From Nitrospirota bacterium (GTDB lineage: Bacteria > Nitrospirota > UBA9217), in contig CAVVOB010000029.1 of the NCBI GenBank assembly GCA_963749655.1, forward strand, positions 25,169-89,168: DNA of 64,000 nucleotides, written 5' to 3'. Both the position numbers and the translations under genes were made by a program. How positions within the stretch are numbered: position 1 is the stretch's first letter; each line of letters starts with the position of its first letter. The notes beneath the pieces were generated by a model. The model was not told where the DNA came from, did no database searches, and saw nothing but the letters and a program-made list of their open reading frames with translations. Positions 28,010 through 38,030 of the stretch are shown piece after piece.

Positions 28010-28979
28010 TTGTTCGCCTTAATTCCGCATTCCGCAATCCGCATTCCGCAATGCCTTCCTTCTTCTCCACCATCGATATAAACACGTCTTCAAGCGACGG
28101 CTGAATGTCCCGCAGCCCCTTGACTTCGATTCCCATTTTCTTGACTGCTTCGACAACCGACCCTGCAGCCTCCCGTTGCTCCAGGGCGATGTGGAGCCTG
28201 TCGCCGTAGATGCTTGCGCTCCTTGTGCCCGGTATCTGCCGCACGACAGGAAGGGCTGACCGGGCATCGCCGGACCAAAGCTCGATCATGGGTAGACCGA
28301 GCGATTGTTTGATCGCCGCGGGATTGTCTAGTTTGAGCACCTTTCCGTTGTGCATCAAGGCGATCCTGGTGCAGCGTTCGGCTTCGTCAAGATAGGCTGT
28401 CGAGACAAAGATGGTAATGCCTTCCTTTAAGAGATCATAGAGGATCTTCCAGAAGTCCCTGCGCGATACCGGGTCCACGCCGTTCGTCGGTTCGTCGAGA
28501 AAGAGCACTTCCGGAGTATGGATAAGCGAGCAGGCGAGGCCCAGCTTCTGCTTCATGCCGCCCGAGAGCTTGCCGGCAAGTCGGTCCTTGAACGGGGTCA
28601 GATTGCTGAACCCGAGGAGCCGTTCGATGCGGGGCGGCCGCTCCTTTTTCGGCACTTCATAGAGGTCTGCATAGAACAGGATATTTTCCATGACCGTCAG
28701 ATCTTCGTACAGCCCGAAGCGCTGCGACATGTATCCGATCTTTTCTTTTATCCTCTCGCCTGCAGTGCGGATGGAAAGACCGGCCACCCATGCATCACCC
28801 GAGGTGGGGTCCATGATCGCGGCAAGGAGACGCATGGTCGTGGTCTTTCCAGCGCCGTCAGGCCCCACGAGTCCGAACAGCTCGCCTTTCGGGATCTCGA
28901 TGTTCAAGCAGTCAACGGCAGTAAGGCTGTTAAACGACTTCGTAAGATTGTCAGTCTTTATTGCAGCGAAATTGTTCAC
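27993..28979 (-). CDS. ABC transporter ATP-binding protein
   Basis: 'GPDGAGKTT', 'LSGGMKQK', 'LDEPT'. Confidence 0.92.
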   Translation of the reverse strand: MNNFAAIKTDNLTKSFNSLTAVDCLNIEIPKGELFGLVGPDGAGKTTTMRLLAAIMDPTSGDAWVAGLSIRTAGERIKEKIGYMSQRFGLYEDLTVMENILFYADLYEVPKKERPPRIERLLGFSNLTPFKDRLAGKLSGGMKQKLGLACSLIHTPEVLFLDEPTNGVDPVSRRDFWKILYDLLKEGITIFVSTAYLDEAERCTRIALMHNGKVLKLDNPAAIKQSLGLPMIELWSGDARSALPVVRQIPGTRSASIYGDRLHIALEQREAAGSVVEAVKKMGIEVKGLRDIQPSLEDVFISMVEKKEGIAECGLRNAELRRTNDHKS

Positions 28980-29028
28980 TCCTGACTCCTTGCTCCTGAC
29001 TCCTTGCTCCTGACTCCTGCCTTCTGAC
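28978..29028. repeat. Degenerate heptamer repeat (CTCCTGA/CTCCTTG)
   Basis: About 7 units between the HlyD gene and the ATPase gene. Confidence 0.85.
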
Positions 29029-29029
29029 C

Positions 29030-29860
29030 CTACGGTTTCATCAAGATCCTTACATCCGCCGGCATGCTTGGTTTGAGCTCGTCATTCACGTTCTTCACGC
29101 TCACCTTTACGCCGAAGACGAGCTTCACCCGCTCTTCCTTTGTTTGGACATTTTTAGGGGTGAATTCTGCCTCCGATGCAATATAGGTAACCGTGCCGTC
29201 ATAAACCTTGCCGGGATAGGTATCGGTGGAGACGAAAACCTTCTGTCCCAGTTTTATGAGCCCCAGCTTGTCTTCCTTTACGTAGACCTTGATCCAGGGA
29301 TTTTCGAGATCGCCTATCGTGAATACGGGAGTTCCTACCGCTACCGTCTCGCCTGCTTCCACGTTCTTTTTGAGCACTACGCCCGATACCGGTGCGTACA
29401 GCACTGCGTCCCTCATCCGTACTTCGCTGGTCCTGAGCGCGGCCGTTGATTGCCGGATCTGTGCCTGCGCCACATCGTAGACTGTTTTTGCCGCGTCCAT
29501 CTGCTGGGCTGAGATCGCTTCTTGCTTAAAAAGCATCTCCGCCCGCGTAAAATCATTCTTTGCCTGTTCGAGCTGCGCATTCGAATGTTCAAGGACGGCT
29601 TTGCTTTGTGCAACCTGGGTCGCATACTCCGCGTTGTCGAGCTGGGCGATCTTATCGCCCGCCTTCACGGTTCGGCCTTCATCGGTGAGCAGCGTTGTAA
29701 CCCTGCCGGGAATCTTGAACGCAACGTCGACTTCCGTTACCTCCACGTTGCCCGAAAGTGTCATATTTCCCTGGTCGCGGTTATTCCCGAATCGATATAC
29801 CAGCGCCGTTGCTACGACGGCCGCCAGCAGAATTCCCGCTATGATCAATCTTTTCTTCAT
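29030..29860 (-). CDS. HlyD-family periplasmic adaptor
   Basis: 'AFKIPGRV', 'APVSGVV', 'AEFTPKNVQT'. Confidence 0.9.
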   Translation of the reverse strand: MKKRLIIAGILLAAVVATALVYRFGNNRDQGNMTLSGNVEVTEVDVAFKIPGRVTTLLTDEGRTVKAGDKIAQLDNAEYATQVAQSKAVLEHSNAQLEQAKNDFTRAEMLFKQEAISAQQMDAAKTVYDVAQAQIRQSTAALRTSEVRMRDAVLYAPVSGVVLKKNVEAGETVAVGTPVFTIGDLENPWIKVYVKEDKLGLIKLGQKVFVSTDTYPGKVYDGTVTYIASEAEFTPKNVQTKEERVKLVFGVKVSVKNVNDELKPSMPADVRILMKP

Positions 29861-29957
29861 CCAACATCCTCCTGATTGGAAAATCCTTTATGCAGACCGC
29901 AAAGAGTACCGAGCTCCGTCGGACAAACCGGCCTCCGATGGCTCAGATTCGACGTCA

Positions 29958-30569
29958 TTATTCCACGGCGACGCATTTTTCAAAATTCCTCCAGAGTTTC
30001 CGCGCTTCCGCTGCCAGGGAAAAGGAAAAATTGCTCAACGACCATCGGAACATGAGGCCCTGGATCATGCCGATGTACATCAAGGCAGTTGTTTTCGGGT
30101 CCAGATCGCTCCGGAACCGGCCTGACTTCTGGGCATCCCTGATGAACGTTGCCAGGGTAGCGGAAAAGGCATACATCGTCTGGAGCAGTATCCCCCGGAG
30201 TTTTTCGGAAATGTGCAGCTCATCGGAAAACATGAACCGCGGGATCCCGCTGTTTGCCTCCATAAGTTCGATCTGGAGATCGTAAAAACGTTTGAGCTTT
30301 TTTACCGGCGCCGCTTCACCGGCAAGGGATGCCCCGATGTTCCCGGCGATACGCTCCTTAACATAGCCGACGGCGGCGAAGAAGATGTCTTCCTTGCCTT
30401 TGAAATGCCGGTATAAGTTTGCCTCCGAAATGCCCGCCTCAGCCGCAAGAGCGGACGTTGTCAGGCCGCCCACGCCTTTCTTCGATATGATCGCAAGCGC
30501 CGCCTGAATAACCTGGTCCCGCCGGACCTCTCCCCTCATTTTCAAACCGGACTTTCCACCGGACGCCAT
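29958..30569 (-). CDS. TetR-family regulator
   Basis: HTH 'LAAEAGISEANLYRHFKGK'. Confidence 0.92.
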   Translation of the reverse strand: MASGGKSGLKMRGEVRRDQVIQAALAIISKKGVGGLTTSALAAEAGISEANLYRHFKGKEDIFFAAVGYVKERIAGNIGASLAGEAAPVKKLKRFYDLQIELMEANSGIPRFMFSDELHISEKLRGILLQTMYAFSATLATFIRDAQKSGRFRSDLDPKTTALMYIGMIQGLMFRWSLSNFSFSLAAEARKLWRNFEKCVAVE

Positions 30570-30582
30570 GGCTGCTCTCCTT

Positions 30583-30632
30583 ATGTGAGTGAACATTCAC
30601 TTACATTATACCGCAGAATCCGTACCTGTCAA
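30583..30632 (-). promoter_or_regulatory. TetR operon promoter and palindromic operator
   Basis: Minus-strand TTGACA (30632-30627)-16-TATAAT (30610-30605), overlapping palindrome ATGTGAGTGAACATTCACTTACAT (30583-30606). Confidence 0.75.
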
Positions 30633-30684
30633 GGATCGCTTTTTTGGCTTGTTCTTGCGGAAAAACACGCTATAATCGCATCGT

Positions 30685-31257
30685 ATGCCGTCCCTCTTCA
30701 AACCTGGAACCTGTGCAAAGAAGCTCCTCATTATTCTCACGCTCCTGATCGCCTTTTTTCCGGCTCTTTTGCAGGGCCATGCCGCAGCGGCCCCTTCCCT
30801 GCACCAGGCAAAGGTCACTGCAGTCAATGACGGCGACACGGTGACGATTTTTCTGGAGGGCAAGGAGCATCGCTGCCGCCTCATCGGTTTCGATGCACCG
30901 GAAATGGGACAAGAACCATGGGGCCGGCGCTCGCGGGAGCATCTGCGCGGTTTGCTCAAGGCTTCCCGTTGGAAAATAACGGTCGAAACCGATCTGGAGA
31001 AATATGACAAATACAACCGGCTCCTCGTCTATCTTCGGACCCCGGACAATGTTATGATCAACGAACGGATGCTGACCGACGGATACGCCGTGCTCTTCAC
31101 GATTCAGCCGAACAGCAGGTACGTTGAACGTTTTAAAAAAGCGCAGCATCAGGCACGACAGGAAAAACGGGGGATCTGGGGACCCAACGGGTTGAAAGAA
31201 CGGCCCCTGGACTACAAAAAAGCCCATCCGCGGACTGAATCAAGGAAGGCATTATGA
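30685..31257 (+). CDS. Thermonuclease (SNase-like), secreted
   Basis: 'VNDGDT', 'RLIGFDAPE', 'DKYNRLL.Y', 'RGIW'. Confidence 0.9.
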   Translation: MPSLFKPGTCAKKLLIILTLLIAFFPALLQGHAAAAPSLHQAKVTAVNDGDTVTIFLEGKEHRCRLIGFDAPEMGQEPWGRRSREHLRGLLKASRWKITVETDLEKYDKYNRLLVYLRTPDNVMINERMLTDGYAVLFTIQPNSRYVERFKKAQHQARQEKRGIWGPNGLKERPLDYKKAHPRTESRKAL

Positions 31258-31631
31258 GACGATACTGCATCGCAGTCATGGCAGTGCTCCTGCTGATCAC
31301 GGTAGTTCATTCAAAAATCGGCTGCTGTGAGGAGCAGAAAGCGGACCGTTCCTGGTACCGCATGGAAATTCAGACGGGCGACACCACCTACCAGTGCATG
31401 GGCAGTTCACCCCTTGACGAGAAAGCGTTTGCGAAGCGGCTCGAAACCGGGGAATTCATAGTGCTCGACGATGCCTCGTACCTTGATGCAACGGGCAGAG
31501 CAAAAGACTGGCATGAATGGGATCCCAAGACGCATCCGAGGCTGTATATCAATCCCCAATATGTCATCTTCTTTAATCCCCTGAAAGGAGACCTGCGGAA
31601 AACTTCATCAACGAAATCACCGGGAAAATGA
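31254..31631 (+). CDS. Hypothetical exported protein
   Basis: Signal-peptide-like N-terminus; ATGA overlap with the nuclease gene. Confidence 0.65.
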   Translation: MRRYCIAVMAVLLLITVVHSKIGCCEEQKADRSWYRMEIQTGDTTYQCMGSSPLDEKAFAKRLETGEFIVLDDASYLDATGRAKDWHEWDPKTHPRLYINPQYVIFFNPLKGDLRKTSSTKSPGK

Positions 31632-31752
31632 TACAATCAGAAAACAGCATGCGGGAATGCGCTCTACGGCATTTCATGCTCTGCTCGCCCCACTGATCCA
31701 AGAGACGGGGTAGTGCCGACATCCGCTATCGAGTCAGGACAGGAGCCGAATC

Positions 31753-32403
31753 ATGAAACGATTTCTCAGTGAGCAGGAGCGTCAAGAGGTGGACATCCGC
31801 GTAGCTGAAGCGGAAAAAAAGACCGGCGCGCAGATCGTATGCGCCGTCGTCGAACGATGCGATGCCTATGCAGAGCTTCCCTGGAAAGCTTTTGCCCTCG
31901 GAGCATCCATGGCGGGTCTGGCAATCGTCCTCCTGGGGCTGATGCGACCGGGTTGGACCGCCCCTTCCGACCCGCTGCCCGCTGTTATGACGACCCTTGC
32001 AGGAGGGGCAAGCCTCGCCCTGTTGTCAATCTGGACTCCCGGGTTCGGCCGTCTCCTGCTTGACGGTCACCGCGTCGAGGCCGAGGTGCGGCAATACGCC
32101 GAGTCCCTGTTTCTCACCCGGGAGCTCTTTGCCACCCGCGGCCGGACCGGCGTCCTGCTCCTCGTCAGCCTTTTCGAGAGACGCGTCGTGGTGCTGCCGG
32201 ACACCGGGCTCGCATCATGTCTTTCCCGGGACAATCTGCACAAGGTCATCACAGGGATGTCTGGACCACTTGCGTCGGGTCAGGTCAGCCGGGCGCTCGA
32301 GGGGGGGCTTGGAGCGCTGGAGCAGGACCTGTCTGCCTCATCAACAGACAGGTCGCGCGCAAACGAGATCCCCACTACCATCATCGAGGAGAAAGGCCAA
32401 TGA
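31753..32403 (+). CDS. TPM-domain membrane protein
   Basis: 'AEKKTGAQIV', 'TRGRTGVLL.VS.FERRVVVL.D.G'. Confidence 0.85.
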   Translation: MKRFLSEQERQEVDIRVAEAEKKTGAQIVCAVVERCDAYAELPWKAFALGASMAGLAIVLLGLMRPGWTAPSDPLPAVMTTLAGGASLALLSIWTPGFGRLLLDGHRVEAEVRQYAESLFLTRELFATRGRTGVLLLVSLFERRVVVLPDTGLASCLSRDNLHKVITGMSGPLASGQVSRALEGGLGALEQDLSASSTDRSRANEIPTTIIEEKGQ

Positions 32404-33359
32404 AAACGAGCATCCGTCTCTCCTGTTTCGCATTTTTGTTCTTTTCGGCCTTTCAGGCCTTTGGCGCGGACATCCCTTACCTCACCGGACGGATAACCGA
32501 CAACGCGCAGATACTCTCCGACGGCGCACGCCGGGCCCTGACGAATAGTCTCAAAGCCCACGAGGAGCAGACCGGCAACCAGGTCGCAGTGCTCACCACG
32601 CCTTCGCTCGGCGATGAAAGCATCGAGGACTACGCCGTCGCGGTATTTCAGGCATGGAAACTCGGACAAAAAGGCAAGGACAACGGAGTGCTGGTCATCA
32701 TCGCGCCGAAAGACCGGCGCATGCGTATTGAAGTTGGCTACGGACTTGAGGGAACGCTGACCGACTCCATTGCCGGCAGCATAATCCGGAACAGCATGAC
32801 GCCGCGGTTTAAGGCCGAAGATTATGACGGCGGCGTTGCCGCAGGAGTGCAGGCCATATTGACCGTGCTGGAAGGAGGTCAGGCGCCGCAGGACACCGGC
32901 GTCACCGCGGGTGCAGAAGAGTCCTCATCGGGCTTCCACATCGATGCGCCTGACATGCCGCTTACCGAACGCATCCTCTTCGGCGCGTTCATCTTCGGAA
33001 TCATCGGGCTGTTCACCGTGATCGGCGTACTGACGCCGGGTGTGGGCTGGTTCCTTTACTTTTTTCTGATACCCTTTTGGGCCATGTTCCCCATCGTTGT
33101 AGTAGGAAGCACCGGCGCCCTTTACCTGCTCATTACGTACCTGGTGGTGTTCCCCATTGCCAAGCTTATGCTCAGGAAAACGAGCTGGTATGCGAAGGCA
33201 AAGGAAGATCTTCGTACCAAAGGCAAGGCCTCTATCGGCGGCTTTGCGATTTCATCGGGAAGCTCCTGGAGCTCCGGCGGTTCCGGAAGTTCGGGAAGCT
33301 CGGGATTTTCAGGAGGGGGCGGTTCATCAGGGGGCGGTGGCGCATCAGGGAGCTGGTGA
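32400..33359 (+). CDS. TPM-domain protein (YgcG-like) with Gly/Ser tail
   Basis: 'WKLGQKGKDNGVL', 'RIEVGYGLEG', 'FSGGGGSSGGGGASGSW'. Confidence 0.9.
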   Translation: MKTSIRLSCFAFLFFSAFQAFGADIPYLTGRITDNAQILSDGARRALTNSLKAHEEQTGNQVAVLTTPSLGDESIEDYAVAVFQAWKLGQKGKDNGVLVIIAPKDRRMRIEVGYGLEGTLTDSIAGSIIRNSMTPRFKAEDYDGGVAAGVQAILTVLEGGQAPQDTGVTAGAEESSSGFHIDAPDMPLTERILFGAFIFGIIGLFTVIGVLTPGVGWFLYFFLIPFWAMFPIVVVGSTGALYLLITYLVVFPIAKLMLRKTSWYAKAKEDLRTKGKASIGGFAISSGSSWSSGGSGSSGSSGFSGGGGSSGGGGASGSW

Positions 33360-33428
33360 CGGAGCATTTCGGACAGGTATTATACCTGCGTCTCCTGTTC
33401 GAACATCCTCTAACAATCGGAAAAGCAC

Positions 33429-33534
33429 TTTGCCACAGAGGACGCCGAGAACACAGAGGGAAACATAACAGGGGTCAAAACAATTCACGCTGTTTGTTTC
33501 TTTTCTCTGTGCCCTCTGTGACCTCTGTGGCAAA
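33429..33534. repeat. Inverted-repeat element built of ~9-bp units (CACAGAG..)
   Basis: TTTGCCACAGAGG ... CTCTGTGCCCTCTGTGACCTCTGTGGCAAA. Confidence 0.75.
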
Positions 33535-33564
33535 ATAATCTTCGAGACATTGATTCGTAACCGA

Positions 33565-34995
33565 CTACCCCTTTACGCAGGCGATGGGCTTCACCCGGAC
33601 CACTTTCCGGGCAAGATTCGCCTGATGGGCCGACTCAACGACCTCAGATACGTCTTTATATGATTCAGGCGCTTCCTCGGCAATGCCTGAATAGGAATGG
33701 CCCCGGACCAATACCCCCTGCTCCTCCAGCATTTTGACCACGTCCCGCCCGTGCCATTTGTGCTTTGCCTGGGTGCGGGACATGGCCCTGCCTGCTCCGT
33801 GACAGGCCGATCCGAATGCCTGCTGCATTCCGGCGACCGTTCCCACGAGAATGTACGATGAGGTCCCCATGGTTCCGCCGATCAGCACGGGCTGGCCCAC
33901 GTGACGGTATTCCAACGGCAGATCGATCTCCTGGGGCCCGAAAGCCCGGGTCGCTCCCTTGCGGTGGACATACAGTTTTTTCTTCTTTCCATCGACGATA
34001 TGCGTCTCCACTTTGCAGGTATTATGGCTTATATCGTAGAGCATCTTGATACTGCCCTGGGGAAATACGTCGGTGAATACTTCCCGCACAATATGGGTTA
34101 TGATCTGACGATTGGCGAGCGCGCAGTTGATTCCCGCGCACATGGCGCCGAAATACTTCCTGCCTTCGGGAGAGTTGATGGGTGCTGACGCAAGTTCGCG
34201 GTCCCTGATCGGCAGTTTGAACCTTGTTGCCGCAAAGGCAAGGCTTCTGAGATAATCCGTGCCGATCTGATGCCCCAGCCCGCGCGAGCCGCAATGCAGC
34301 GATAGTACGACATCGTCCTTCCGGAGCCCCATCGCCTGGGCCGCCTGCTCGTCGTAGATGTCTGCCACGACCTGGACTTCGAGGTAATGGTTTCCCGACC
34401 CGAGGGTGCCCATCTCGCTGTGCTGCCGCTTCTTGGCCGTGTCGGAGACATGCTGCGGCTCCGCGCCTTCGACGCGGCCGCGCTCCTCGCTGTACTCGAG
34501 GTCCTCTTTAATCCCATAGCCCTTCTTGACCGCCCACACCGCGCCTCCGAAGAGCATCTCGTCGACCTGGCCGGCAGACAGCCTGATAAGCCCTTCCGAA
34601 CCCACGCCCGCGGGAACGCGGCTGAAAAGCCGGTCTACCAACGTCTGAAGCCTCGGCATGACTTCGTCCCGCGTCATGCCGGTCTTGAGAGTGCGGACCC
34701 CGCAGGAGATGTCGAACCCCACGCCCCCCATGGAAATGATGCCGCCTTCGTCCGGATCAAAAGCGGCGACCCCGCCGATGGGGAAGCCGTAGCCCCAGTG
34801 CGCGTCGGGCATGGCCATGGAGGCGATCTGGATGCCCGGCAGCATGGCCACGTTCGTCACCTGCTCGCGCACCTTCTCGTCCATCTCCTGGATCAGCTTT
34901 TCACTGGCAAAGATCCTGCCGGGCACGCGCATCTCACCGTGGCGCGGGATCTCCCAGGCATAGTCGTTTATCTTCGTTAATGTTTTCGGATCCAT
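33565..34995 (-). CDS. rtcB: RNA-splicing/repair ligase RtcB
   Basis: 'MPDAHWGYGFPIGGV', 'DISCG', 'GTLGSGNHYLE', 'HRKGAT', 'SACHGAGR'. Confidence 0.95.
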   Translation of the reverse strand: MDPKTLTKINDYAWEIPRHGEMRVPGRIFASEKLIQEMDEKVREQVTNVAMLPGIQIASMAMPDAHWGYGFPIGGVAAFDPDEGGIISMGGVGFDISCGVRTLKTGMTRDEVMPRLQTLVDRLFSRVPAGVGSEGLIRLSAGQVDEMLFGGAVWAVKKGYGIKEDLEYSEERGRVEGAEPQHVSDTAKKRQHSEMGTLGSGNHYLEVQVVADIYDEQAAQAMGLRKDDVVLSLHCGSRGLGHQIGTDYLRSLAFAATRFKLPIRDRELASAPINSPEGRKYFGAMCAGINCALANRQIITHIVREVFTDVFPQGSIKMLYDISHNTCKVETHIVDGKKKKLYVHRKGATRAFGPQEIDLPLEYRHVGQPVLIGGTMGTSSYILVGTVAGMQQAFGSACHGAGRAMSRTQAKHKWHGRDVVKMLEEQGVLVRGHSYSGIAEEAPESYKDVSEVVESAHQANLARKVVRVKPIACVKG

Positions 34996-34999
34996 AAGC

Positions 35000-35130
35000 T
35001 GATGATCTCGTAAAAAATCGGATTTAACCGCAAAGCCGCGGAGGACGCGGAGAAACTCTTCAACGTTTATGGTCTTTTCTCGGCGTCTCAGCGCCTCGGC
35101 GGTGAATTCTGACCTTATTCGAATTCATCA
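35000..35130. repeat. Nested MITE-like element: 20-bp outer IRs around a 9-bp-unit hairpin
   Basis: TGATGATCTCGTAAAAAATC / GACCTTATTCGAATTCATCA enclose AACCGCAAAG..GACGCGGAG ... CTCGGCGTCTCAGCGCCTCGGCGGT. Confidence 0.6.
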
Positions 35131-35197
35131 TAATTACAAGTCACAATCTTCTGTTCAAACGTTCGGCTATGCATTCCGCAATTCGTAATCCGCAATT

Positions 35198-35611
35198 TCA
35201 AACGTCCACGACGCACTGCGCAACATACCGGCCGCCTTCGTTCTTCACTGCCAGCATGTGGTACGTTGCGCCTTTTGCCTCCACCTTCGGCTCATGCCGT
35301 ACGCGGTCCAGGGCCTCTCCCCAGGCAGAACCACGGAGAGCCGCCCCCTCCACCTTCACGTGGAACCGAGAGAACACCATGCGTTCGACGTCGGACAGGG
35401 AAAGCAAGGCATTCAGCCATTCCACAAATAGCAGCTCGATGTCGGGAGCTGAAACCGAAATGTCCCGCCGCGTTATTGCCTTGACGGCATCAACATTGAC
35501 CACCACGGAGTAGAGCGCGACAGCGGCGTTTTCGAACGCCTCTTCGACCGTGTTCCCGAATCCCCGGATGCCGATGTCCGCTTCATGGTCGAAGGTCTCA
35601 TAGTTCTTCAT
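35198..35611 (-). CDS. Archease
   Basis: 'FDHEADIGI', 'LFVEWLNALL', 'EAKGATYH', C-terminal 'VVDV'. Confidence 0.92.
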   Translation of the reverse strand: MKNYETFDHEADIGIRGFGNTVEEAFENAAVALYSVVVNVDAVKAITRRDISVSAPDIELLFVEWLNALLSLSDVERMVFSRFHVKVEGAALRGSAWGEALDRVRHEPKVEAKGATYHMLAVKNEGGRYVAQCVVDV

Positions 35612-36663
35612 GCCTTGTCTGAACTCCGTCCTCCCGCACCGATACTCGTTCCTTCTCCCCACACGCCGGCGATCGGTGCGCCGCAGAAACCGCACTTTCC
35701 TTCTGCCAGGTTGTATGCTTCAACGCTGAAGCCGACGCGCTCGATCAGGGTCTCTCCGCATTTCCAGCAGAAGGTGTCCTCTCCCTCCCCCGGCACATTG
35801 CCTTCATACACATACCGAAGGCCGGCGTCCAGTCCGATCTTTCGTGCGCGGCTGAGCGTTTCCACCGGCGTTCGCGGCCGGTCCGCAAGTTTGTAGGTGG
35901 GATGGAACCTCGAAACGTGCCAGGGGATGTCCTCGCTCACGGACCTGATGAAGCCTGCGAGCTCGGCGAGTTCCTTGTCCGAATCGTTCAGGCCCGGGAT
36001 GACGAGGGTCGTGATCTCGATCCAGATCCCGTACTCCCGATACAATCTGATCGCATCAAGCACCGGCTGGAGCCGCGCGCCGCACACTTCGCGGTAAAAC
36101 TCGTCCCGAAAGCCCTTGAGATCGATGTTTGCCGCGTGCAGGTAAGGCCGGATCGTCTCAAGCGCCTCGGGCGTGATATAACCGTTCGTCACGAACACGT
36201 TCCTGAGCCCGGCTTCCGCTGCAAGCCTCGCAGTATCGAGTGCCAGTTCGAAATAGATTGTGGGTTCGGTATAGGTGTAGGAAATGCTGGCGCAGCGGTG
36301 GTTGCGGGCGCTGGTGACGATTTCATGGGGCGTGATCTCTTCTCCCATGATCAGCCCCCCACGGTCATGAGGGAGCTGTGAAATATCGGCGTTCTGGCAG
36401 TGTTTGCAGCGGAAATTGCATCCCGGCGTGGCGATGGAATAGGAACCGCTGCCGGGTAGGAAATGGAAAAGCGGTTTTTTCTCGATCGGATCGATGTTCC
36501 GGGCGATGACCTTATCGTAGACGAGCGTGTAGAGGGTGCCCTCGCGGTTCTCGCGCACTGCGCAGATGCCGCGTCTGCCCGGAGGGATAAGACAGCGGTG
36601 ACTGCACAGTCCGCAGCGGACGCCTTTGTTCTCTCGTGGCTCCTGGAACAATGCGGACTTCAT
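35608..36663 (-). CDS. AmmeMemoRadiSam-system radical SAM enzyme
   Basis: 'C.LC.HRC......GIC.VREN', 'DPIEKKPLFHF.PG', CxxxCxxC 'CNFRCKHCQN'. Confidence 0.9.
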   Translation of the reverse strand: MKSALFQEPRENKGVRCGLCSHRCLIPPGRRGICAVRENREGTLYTLVYDKVIARNIDPIEKKPLFHFLPGSGSYSIATPGCNFRCKHCQNADISQLPHDRGGLIMGEEITPHEIVTSARNHRCASISYTYTEPTIYFELALDTARLAAEAGLRNVFVTNGYITPEALETIRPYLHAANIDLKGFRDEFYREVCGARLQPVLDAIRLYREYGIWIEITTLVIPGLNDSDKELAELAGFIRSVSEDIPWHVSRFHPTYKLADRPRTPVETLSRARKIGLDAGLRYVYEGNVPGEGEDTFCWKCGETLIERVGFSVEAYNLAEGKCGFCGAPIAGVWGEGTSIGAGGRSSDKA

Positions 36664-36727
36664 GGGATGGACCTCCCGGCGCGGATCCGGCCGATGCAGG
36701 CAGTGAACGTCCGGCGGGCCCCCGGAG

Positions 36728-37507
36728 CTACAGCGAATCAGGACGCCGGAGCTTTTCCCCTTCGAGCTTGTGCTGCACCGCCTCTGCCTGGATCCTGGTT
36801 CTGCAGTTCGTGCAGATGAGGTCCGGAGAGGGAGTGCCGCAGACGAGGCATTTCCGGTCGAGACCCGGCTTCACGCCCTCCGCCTGAAAGATCATCTCGA
36901 GAAATTCGCTCTCCGTCACATGCCCTTCCATGCGGAGGTTTTCACCGAAGAGCGTCACCGGAAGCGTGGTGACCCGGTGTTTCCTGACGAGTTCCGGGAA
37001 ATCGCCGGCAGCGATGATATCGGTGTAAATCAACGGGCTCTCGAAGGCAAGCCCGATGGCCGTTTCAGAAACGGGGTTGCACAGAGCGCAGTCGCTTTCC
37101 ACGAACACGCGGATCGAAACGTCATTCGAAAGATGCGACAGCGTCCGGCGGACTTTTTCCGGGAACCAGATTACTCCGTCGGTTACGGCTGCTATGGTGT
37201 CCAGGAGAACGTCGAGAAGAAGGCCTTCGATCATGCCGTAGAACGTGACCGCCCGGCCTTCGCCGTCCTGCACCACCAGGGCCGGCACGGCTTTCACACC
37301 GTATTGTTCCGTCTTGTCCCGGTCCATTACGAGGTCGTACGTCTCCAGGGCGATCTTGTTTGAGCGCGCCTTGATGGTCCGGGAGAGCTCCAGCATATCG
37401 GGACAGGCAGGGCATCCCACATCCAAAGTGAAGAGGACAAGCCGAACAGGCTTGAGAAACCGGGCCTGCATGTTCCCGATTCTTGACGAGGATTGTTGCG
37501 AAAGCAT
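36728..37507 (-). CDS. Two-thioredoxin-fold protein disulfide oxidoreductase with C-terminal Zn-ribbon
   Basis: CPAC and CALC motifs; C-terminal CLVC...CTNC. Confidence 0.78.
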   Translation of the reverse strand: MLSQQSSSRIGNMQARFLKPVRLVLFTLDVGCPACPDMLELSRTIKARSNKIALETYDLVMDRDKTEQYGVKAVPALVVQDGEGRAVTFYGMIEGLLLDVLLDTIAAVTDGVIWFPEKVRRTLSHLSNDVSIRVFVESDCALCNPVSETAIGLAFESPLIYTDIIAAGDFPELVRKHRVTTLPVTLFGENLRMEGHVTESEFLEMIFQAEGVKPGLDRKCLVCGTPSPDLICTNCRTRIQAEAVQHKLEGEKLRRPDSL

Positions 37508-37698
37508 TATAAAGGCCGCTCCTTCTGCACGGTGATTCGTGCTGGCTACAATTATATCAGAATTCGGCCCGAATCATCAAGAATCCGGAAGGAAAGAACG
37601 AAGAAAATAGCTTGAACAACCCATCAGGTATTGTTATAATGATTTCCAAGTTTATAATACGTTGTACTTGCTATGTATGAGACAAGGGGGGGGCGGGT

Positions 37699-38019
37699 AT
37701 GAAGAAGCTGTTGATCGTTGTAAGTGTCGTCGTCTGGATGATGGTCCCGGTTGGAGCTTTCGCCCAGAAAGTAGGCGGAGGAGATCTGACCTTTGCGCCC
37801 AAGAATGCTGCGCCCGTCGTATTCAGCCATGACAAGCATGTCAATGGAAAAGGCCTGAAGTGTACCGGCTGCCACTACCAGATTTTCCAGATGGCCCAGG
37901 GTTCCTACAAAATGGAGATGAGCAAGATCAACAAGGGTGACTTCTGCGGCAAATGTCATAACGGACAAAAAGGGTTCGACGTGAAGGATCCCAAGAATTG
38001 CACACGCTGCCATAAATAG
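37699..38019 (+). CDS. c7-type triheme cytochrome
   Basis: Signal peptide, 'VFSHDKH', three CxxCH motifs; upstream TTGAAC-17-TATAAT (37612-37640). Confidence 0.9.
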   Translation: MKKLLIVVSVVVWMMVPVGAFAQKVGGGDLTFAPKNAAPVVFSHDKHVNGKGLKCTGCHYQIFQMAQGSYKMEMSKINKGDFCGKCHNGQKGFDVKDPKNCTRCHK

Positions 38020-38030
38020 CGGAGTGACCC

